Of a stretch of 64,000 nucleotides of DNA, positions 58,288 through 64,000 are shown in pieces. How positions within the stretch are numbered: position 1 is the first letter of the stretch; each line of letters opens with the position of its first letter. The notes beneath the pieces were generated by a model. The model saw only the letters and a program-made list of their open reading frames with translations, ran no database searches and was not told where the DNA came from. A program made the position numbers and the translations under genes. The stretch is from a virus: IMG/VR virus record IMGVR_UViG_3300024988_000006; one strand, given 5' to 3'.

Positions 58288-58823
58288 TGAAACCGTACAC
58301 AAATCTAAAAGATAGAGTGTTGTGGTATGATGGGGATTCTACAGTGAATCCCCATGATGTATTACGGCTTTCGACGCCAGGTAATCCATTGTGTGTCACA
58401 GAGTTAACAGACGACATCAAGCAATACAATAGACTTGTTTCAACCGAAGAACGTATAACTGTTAAAGAAGCACTTCGCGATTTTGATATGTCGTGGAACA
58501 TCCCTGACGAATTTAAAAATATTGACGTTAATACATACTTGTATAACAAACTATTCCTTACTGAATCAGATGAGAACCTTACAAACGATGAGATGCAAGT
58601 ACGGATGAAGCGAGTTGCTCAAGAGTTAGCACTATTTAAGAAATTTAAACTATATGATGTGTTACGTACAATTATATACGTAATTGATACCTTTACTCAC
58701 AGAAACGTTGTTTGGGGAGTGGGTCGTGGAAGCAGTGTTGCATCTTATGTGTTGTATTTGATAGGTGTACATGATATTGATAGCGTCAAATATGGGTTAG
58801 ATATTAACGAATTTCTACATTAA
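58287..58823 (+). CDS. Stand-alone DNA polymerase III alpha (DnaE) fragment
   Basis: RVAQELALF...WGVGRGSSVASYVLYLIGVHDIDSVKYGLDINEFL equals DnaE GxGRGS...FERFL; ends before PDIDxD. Confidence 0.8.
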   Translation: MKPYTNLKDRVLWYDGDSTVNPHDVLRLSTPGNPLCVTELTDDIKQYNRLVSTEERITVKEALRDFDMSWNIPDEFKNIDVNTYLYNKLFLTESDENLTNDEMQVRMKRVAQELALFKKFKLYDVLRTIIYVIDTFTHRNVVWGVGRGSSVASYVLYLIGVHDIDSVKYGLDINEFLH

Positions 58824-58865
58824 TTTTGTACGCATAAATAACCATACCCATTAAGGAGAATAATT

Positions 58866-59099
58866 ATGGCAAAAAGAGCAAGAAGTGCCCGCGGAGAAAC
58901 AGTAGATTTTGACCTTTTGGCAATCAAGGCGCAAGAAGCGTTAGCAAAAGCTGGCAAACCAAAAACAGACACTGTACCTACAGTTGAAATTAAACCAACA
59001 GAAAGTTTTGTTGATAAGCGCAATCGTCGTCGCATTAAAAAGGCAACCACTGTTAGCCAAGTGCCAACTATCGATGTGACACCAACTGAAACAAAATAA
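58866..59099 (+). CDS. Small basic hypothetical protein
   Basis: AAGGAG SD; CATAAATA at 58833. Confidence 0.55.
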   Translation: MAKRARSARGETVDFDLLAIKAQEALAKAGKPKTDTVPTVEIKPTESFVDKRNRRRIKKATTVSQVPTIDVTPTETK

Positions 59100-59145
59100 G
59101 CAGTACCAAATAACACAATAACACAATAATATAGAGGAGAGTAGC

Positions 59146-59730
59146 ATGCTCAGACCACTGAAGGATAGCATTTTGTTTGTTTTTAATGAAGAAGTTTCGG
59201 ACGGATTGTTTGTAGAAAATTCCGAATCTGGTATTTACCTTGGTAAGAGTATTGACAGCTCCTCCAAAGAAGCCCGGTGGGCCGTAGTTGCCGCTGTTGG
59301 TCCTGAAGTCAAAACCATCAAAGCTGCTGACCGTGTATTGATCGGTGCTTTGCGTTGGACCGAAGGATTTAAAGCTGGTGATACAAAGCTTTGGAAAACA
59401 GTTGAAAAAGAAATCCTCGCTGTCGATACACCCGACGGTATCAAACTAACGCCACCAGGAAACAATGTCTTCTTTGTTGTTGATAAAAAAGCTGGTAAAG
59501 TAACCGAATCCACTGCTGGTATTTTTGTTGTTGAACAAGCTCATGCTGGTGAAGAAATGACATGGGGCACCGTTAAAGCGGTTGGTCCTGATGTTGACCC
59601 TGATGATATCGCCGTTGGTACTCGAGTATTAGTTAAACGAGACATCATCACAAAATTTATGAAAAACGATGGCGGTGACTTGTATAAGATCACAGAGATT
59701 GACATCGTCGCTGTTGAGGACACGGAGTAA
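59146..59730 (+). CDS. groES: Tandem two-domain GroES/Cpn10 co-chaperonin
   Basis: Domain 1 LRPLKD..SGIYL..VVAAVGP..EILAV; domain 2 LTPPGN..STAGIFV..GTVKAVGP..DIVAV. Confidence 0.85.
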   Translation: MLRPLKDSILFVFNEEVSDGLFVENSESGIYLGKSIDSSSKEARWAVVAAVGPEVKTIKAADRVLIGALRWTEGFKAGDTKLWKTVEKEILAVDTPDGIKLTPPGNNVFFVVDKKAGKVTESTAGIFVVEQAHAGEEMTWGTVKAVGPDVDPDDIAVGTRVLVKRDIITKFMKNDGGDLYKITEIDIVAVEDTE

Positions 59731-59734
59731 GTTT

Positions 59735-60910
59735 ATGCTTTTTATTTTACTGTTAAGTTTGATTACCACGTCCATTGCTGGAGCCGCTGCTTTCTTCAGT
59801 ATCTATGGTTTGGCACAAATTTTTAGTGGTACGTTTTGGGCTGTGGTGTTTATGGGTGCATCGCTGGAAGCTGGTAAATTAGTGGCAGCTTCCTTCCTGT
59901 ACCGATATTGGAGCAAGATTTCGTTTGTGTTGAAAACATACCTCACAGTTGCTGTTATCGTGTTGATGTTTATCACATCCATGGGTATTTTTGGATTCTT
60001 GAGTCAATCATACCAAAAAGATTCGTTACCACTCAAAGAAATGCAAGTCAAAATTGACGGTTTGAAACAAGAACAAGCAACCTTACTTGCTCGTAAGCAA
60101 GCGATTGACACAGCTCGTCAAGATGCTGTATCAGCCGCAGTTAACAACCAATCGACCAAATCTCGCGTTGTTCGTAGTAAGGAACGATTAGCACGTACAT
60201 ATGATACAGAAATTAAAGATATTAACAAACGATTACCCGTTTTAACAAAAGAAATCCAGGACTTGGATACACAAGTATTAACGACTCAATTACACACGGG
60301 TCCAATTACCTACATTGCCAAGGCCTTGGGTCGTGAAATTGATGATGCTACTAAGTGGGTTATTTTCATGCTGATTTCTGCTTTCGATCCGCTTGCTGTT
60401 GCTCTAACGATTGGTGTCAACATTGCCGTTAACATTCGTAAAAAAGAATTTGAACAAGCCAAACAAATTGCATTTGAAAAGGAACGCCAAGACAAATTGG
60501 AACAGATTGAGCGTGAACGTCAGGAACGTATTGATGAACGTGAAGAGGCACGCCTACGCCGTACCGAGGAGCTTGAAGAGGCCAAGTCCAAACTGTTGCA
60601 TGAAACAGAAATTGCATCTTTGCAGCGACAATACGCAAAAATTGTTACAGGCGACGAAGTAATTGAAAGCTTTGATTCTGTCACAACACCAGTAAAAGAA
60701 TCAGTTGAACCAATTCCACAAACACTCCAAACAGAAACGGTGGTTGACCCGGATACCTCCGCCATTGATGACCTCCGCCGTGTATTGGATACAATTACTG
60801 CGAAAAAGGAACCAACTCCTGAAGAATTAACAACAAAACAACAGATAGAATCCATTCTTTCACGTCGTCAGTTGTTGGACAATATGAGAGGTGGTTCTTT
60901 GTCAGAGTAG
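59735..60910 (+). CDS. Multi-pass membrane protein with a coiled-coil domain
   Basis: FSIYGLAQIF, MGASLEAGKLV, SMGIFGFLS, FDPLAVAL. Start revised to 59735. Confidence 0.7.
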   Translation: MLFILLLSLITTSIAGAAAFFSIYGLAQIFSGTFWAVVFMGASLEAGKLVAASFLYRYWSKISFVLKTYLTVAVIVLMFITSMGIFGFLSQSYQKDSLPLKEMQVKIDGLKQEQATLLARKQAIDTARQDAVSAAVNNQSTKSRVVRSKERLARTYDTEIKDINKRLPVLTKEIQDLDTQVLTTQLHTGPITYIAKALGREIDDATKWVIFMLISAFDPLAVALTIGVNIAVNIRKKEFEQAKQIAFEKERQDKLEQIERERQERIDEREEARLRRTEELEEAKSKLLHETEIASLQRQYAKIVTGDEVIESFDSVTTPVKESVEPIPQTLQTETVVDPDTSAIDDLRRVLDTITAKKEPTPEELTTKQQIESILSRRQLLDNMRGGSLSE

Positions 60911-60929
60911 GGTGATGGTTAAATAGTTG

Positions 60930-60958
60930 TTGACTTTACTACTTGAACATCCTATAGT
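60930..60958 (+). promoter_or_regulatory. Sigma70-type promoter
   Basis: TTGACT-17 nt-TATAGT. Confidence 0.65.
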
Positions 60959-60987
60959 AAAAGAACAATTATTACAAAGGAGTTAGT

Positions 60988-61917
60988 ATGGCCGAGTTGC
61001 ATAAGTTGTGGGTAGAAAAGTATCGCCCACAACAAATTGAAGATTACATTTTTCAAGATGATGTTCAAAAAATGGACTTCTTGAAAATGATCAAAAACAA
61101 GTCAATACCCCATTTGTTATTATCAGGCGTGCAAGGCGCCGGCAAAACTACAATCGCTAAAATCCTTATCAACGAATGCGGCATCAGTGACACAGATGTT
61201 ATGATTATCAACGCCTCTGATGAAAATAGTGTTGATGTTATTCGTGAAAAAATCAAATCGTTCGTAACTACATTCGCATTGGGCGATTTTAAAATCGTTC
61301 TGTTGGAGGAAGCTGATTATATATCAGCGGCTGGTCAAGCAGTGTTGCGTGTAATTATGGAACAATATGCTGATGTTGCTCGATTCATCTTAACGTGCAA
61401 CTATGAAAACAAAATTATTCCTGCAGTTAAATCTCGCTGTCAGCACTATCGTTTCAAAGCAAGTGATAAAAACGATATCGCTGAATATGTGGCAAGTATT
61501 CTAATTCAAGAAAAGGTCAAATTTGACTTAGATTTAGTGGATAAATATGTTGATGTTGGTTACCCTGACGTTCGCAAGATTGTTAACCTACTTCAACAAA
61601 ACTGCCACGATGGTGCACTACGTGCACCAAAACAATCATCGGAAGCAGGTGATTACAAATTCGAGCTGTTAAATCTAATTGAATTGGATAATTGGGTTGA
61701 TGCTAGAACATTAGCATGTGCACAAGTTGCTACCGAAGAATGGGAAGATGTGTATCGGTTTTTCTACGAAAATTTACACAAAGCGCCCAAATTTACTGAT
61801 AAATCTAAATGGGAAGAAGGTATCATCATCATCGCAGAACATTTGTATAAGCACAGTATTTGTTCGGATGCTGAAATTAACGCTGCCGCGATGTTCATTC
61901 GTCTCGGTCAAGTATAA
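60988..61917 (+). CDS. gp44: Clamp loader AAA+ subunit
   Basis: LWVEKYRP, GVQGAGKTT, INASDE, LLEEAD, FILTCN, SRC. Confidence 0.92.
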   Translation: MAELHKLWVEKYRPQQIEDYIFQDDVQKMDFLKMIKNKSIPHLLLSGVQGAGKTTIAKILINECGISDTDVMIINASDENSVDVIREKIKSFVTTFALGDFKIVLLEEADYISAAGQAVLRVIMEQYADVARFILTCNYENKIIPAVKSRCQHYRFKASDKNDIAEYVASILIQEKVKFDLDLVDKYVDVGYPDVRKIVNLLQQNCHDGALRAPKQSSEAGDYKFELLNLIELDNWVDARTLACAQVATEEWEDVYRFFYENLHKAPKFTDKSKWEEGIIIIAEHLYKHSICSDAEINAAAMFIRLGQV

Positions 61918-61940
61918 AAATAACTATAAAGGAGTATATT

Positions 61941-62657
61941 ATGGAAGAATATGAATACAAATACGACACAGCATGTGAAGATTCATGTAAGCAGGACGCT
62001 TCACAAAACCTCAAATCAGCTCTCGATTTTTCCAATCAAGGCTGGAGAGATAGTGTGAAGAAATGGACTGACTTGTATGAATTGGACGTCAACATGATGA
62101 TGACAACTATCAAAGATGCTCTTGTCGATGATAAACCCTACTACGCAACACGGTCGGTGCCCGAATATACACTATCACCAACAACATACGCAAGTGATGT
62201 AGGGATCAAAGGTAATGCAGTAACTACTGCCACCGCAACCGAACAACTAAAAAATTACGAAGACCGATGGATTAATTGGGTTGCGGCGCCGCTTAGTACT
62301 ACACAAAAGTCCAACGCTTCGATTGGGACTGTTGCTGCCGACTGTGCCGGCGGTGATTATGCAGTAAACGTTTCAGCTACTCTACCTATTGACAGAATCA
62401 ATACAATGGTATCAGTAGACTCCAATAAAGTTACAGCGTCTAGTATTTTAGACACAGGAGTATATACGGGCGCTTTTACACCCGAATATAGCGCGGTAAT
62501 CGCCGAAAACTTCAGCCTCAAAGAAGAAGTCAAGAAACTAGAAGCACAACTTGCTTTTTATAGCACACAAAAAACACACGAAAACTTTTCTACTGACGGC
62601 AACTTTGACGCTGTTAGCGCTTGGGATCGTGCTATGAGTGGGCTAGATAAAAAATGA
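61941..62657 (+). CDS. Hypothetical protein
   Basis: AAGGAG SD; intact ORF. Confidence 0.5.
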   Translation: MEEYEYKYDTACEDSCKQDASQNLKSALDFSNQGWRDSVKKWTDLYELDVNMMMTTIKDALVDDKPYYATRSVPEYTLSPTTYASDVGIKGNAVTTATATEQLKNYEDRWINWVAAPLSTTQKSNASIGTVAADCAGGDYAVNVSATLPIDRINTMVSVDSNKVTASSILDTGVYTGAFTPEYSAVIAENFSLKEEVKKLEAQLAFYSTQKTHENFSTDGNFDAVSAWDRAMSGLDKK

Positions 62658-62953
62658 GCCTCGACCTTCAAAACAGACAATCTATCGTTGGTGAATTGAC
62701 GTTCAAAGCAGTTGATGAAACTGCTACGTTTGAAGTAAGCGTTTATGACGGCACCGATTGGCACGTTTGTGCTAATCTGCCACTTTGGGTAGATAGTACT
62801 GAAGAACATGATAATGTGCTTGCTAATGTTCTTGAAGAGAATGCGGCATTTACAGAATATCTAACAAAGATGTTTCAGACCGTTGAAGATATTAATGAAC
62901 AAGAGTATGCTAGAAAAGCATATGATGATGCCAAAAAGGTATTGGGAGAATAA
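62654..62953 (+). CDS. Hypothetical protein
   Basis: ATGA overlap with the upstream gene. Confidence 0.5.
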   Translation: MSLDLQNRQSIVGELTFKAVDETATFEVSVYDGTDWHVCANLPLWVDSTEEHDNVLANVLEENAAFTEYLTKMFQTVEDINEQEYARKAYDDAKKVLGE

Positions 62954-62956
62954 AAG

Positions 62957-63286
62957 ATGGCCCGCATGAAAAAGCCCGAAAACGAAACACAGGAAGAGGC
63001 TGTTGTTAGACAGATGTTGGAAACAATAGCCAACCACGCCACCCGTAGTGAAAAAACAGCGTGGGAACGCAAACGCTCCAACATGGATAAGTTGGTTAAA
63101 CAATTGCGCCCGCTTGAAGATAAGATTATGGAAATACGTGCAAAGATGAATCCAATCTATGACGACATCGCCATACTTCGTAATGATATGGTTGAAGATT
63201 GTATTCACCCCTTTGATATGTTGATCCACCAAGGCGATCATATCGATTGTAAGTTTTGTGGAAAGAGTTTGAAACCTCTCGTTTAA
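62957..63286 (+). CDS. Hypothetical coiled-coil protein with C-terminal Cys/His motif
   Basis: CIHP...CKFCG; GGAG SD. Confidence 0.55.
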   Translation: MARMKKPENETQEEAVVRQMLETIANHATRSEKTAWERKRSNMDKLVKQLRPLEDKIMEIRAKMNPIYDDIAILRNDMVEDCIHPFDMLIHQGDHIDCKFCGKSLKPLV

Positions 63287-63484
63287 ATGAAGGTGCATGA
63301 TACACCACTGTTGATAAACCTCTGTGGATTTGCACACACTTACAGAGTTGTGTGCAATTCATGCAAAAGTGTTTTGAGTGAAACACCACGTTGGGGACCT
63401 GCTTATTCGTGTCAATCTTGTAACAGCTGGACGACTAATGTTAGTGTTAGTCGTTTTTCATTAATCAACAACATGAGTGTTTAA
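63287..63484 (+). CDS. Small putative zinc-binding protein
   Basis: CNSC...CQSC. Confidence 0.4.
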   Translation: MKVHDTPLLINLCGFAHTYRVVCNSCKSVLSETPRWGPAYSCQSCNSWTTNVSVSRFSLINNMSV

Positions 63485-63486
63485 CC

Positions 63487-64000
63487 ATGAATAAAGAACT
63501 ACTTGATTATATCAAAATTTTATCTAAACAAGATACCAAGTCTCTCACAGCAAAGGCGCTGAAAACAGCAGAGGAAGTTGGTGAACTTGCAAGCAAAGTG
63601 CTACCATATGACGGCGCATTTGCCACCAATCACAGGTTTGTGGAACGGGAATCCATTCTCGAAGAAGTGGCAGATGTTATGTTAACCGCACTTTCAGTGG
63701 CATATGATATTGGTTTTGCAGATGACGAAATTGAAGACATGATGGTTAAAAAAAGTGCCAAATGGTCTAAGTTGCAGACTGCGGAAATAGGGTTAAAGTA
63801 CCCTATCCCATACGAAATTCATGTCACTGTTAACATGGAACAAAGTCAACCATTTAGTGGTTTTGAGGATGATGATGAAACAAAAACTCGCGCCGAACTA
63901 ATGATTGATAAGTTTAATCAAGCCTGTGAGGCCGTCAAAGTTAAGCCAATTTTGTTGGACCTACAGCGCCAAGATGGTGCCGTGATCAAAGATGTGATGA
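63487..64000 (+). CDS. MazG-like pyrophosphohydrolase fused to a further domain (runs off the window end)
   Basis: Manual translation: ALKTAEEVGELAS...ILEEVADVMLTALSVAY...KKSAKW, then YEIHVTV...; not in the ORF track. Confidence 0.75.
   Translation, partial: MNKELLDYIKILSKQDTKSLTAKALKTAEEVGELASKVLPYDGAFATNHRFVERESILEEVADVMLTALSVAYDIGFADDEIEDMMVKKSAKWSKLQTAEIGLKYPIPYEIHVTVNMEQSQPFSGFEDDDETKTRAELMIDKFNQACEAVKVKPILLDLQRQDGAVIKDVM

Noticed and set aside
1-64000. tRNA genes, CRISPR arrays, IS elements, integrase
   Set aside because: No cloverleaf or T-loop motif, repeat-spacer pattern or transposase motif seen by eye; intergenic gaps are short. tRNAscan-SE or CRISPR finders would confirm.
1-64000. 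Stop-codon reassignment, as in some jumbo phages
   Set aside because: Core genes are full length in the standard code, and TAA, TAG and TGA all end genes at sensible positions.
1-64000. Most 60-200 aa ORFs antisense to or nested in long genes
   Set aside because: No SD, no motifs, and they mirror the codon bias of the real gene.

Overview
A 64-kb slice of a large T4-superfamily myophage, probably a jumbo phage; the resemblance to RaK2/XacN1-like gene content is my inference and was not searched. It reads in the standard genetic code and is densely coding. It holds the 5' end of a family-B DNA polymerase, baseplate genes, the gp55-gp47-gp46 cluster with a RuvC-like resolvase, a DinG-like helicase, tape measure, the head module (gp20, 21, 22, 23), neck and tail (gp13, 14, 15, 18, 19), terminase, a fibre cluster, the gp32-UvsX-UvsY-UvsW module, a stand-alone DnaE fragment, a GroES-like gene, a clamp loader and a partial MazG fusion. 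I found no tRNA, CRISPR array or IS. Most interesting signals: (1) late-expressed proteins, including two nucleotidyltransferases and a nuclease, with N-termini resembling T4 capsid-targeting sequences, suggesting packaged and injected enzymes; (2) three hairpins that hide a ribosome-binding site and contain a gp55-type late promoter; (3) a U8 slippery site that would fuse the gp26-like and gp51-like ORFs by -1 frameshift; (4) a tandem two-domain GroES like chloroplast Cpn20; (5) a DnaE fragment that stops before the catalytic motif, with a degenerate Hint-like ORF nearby. All product calls come from motifs recognised by eye; no database search was run.
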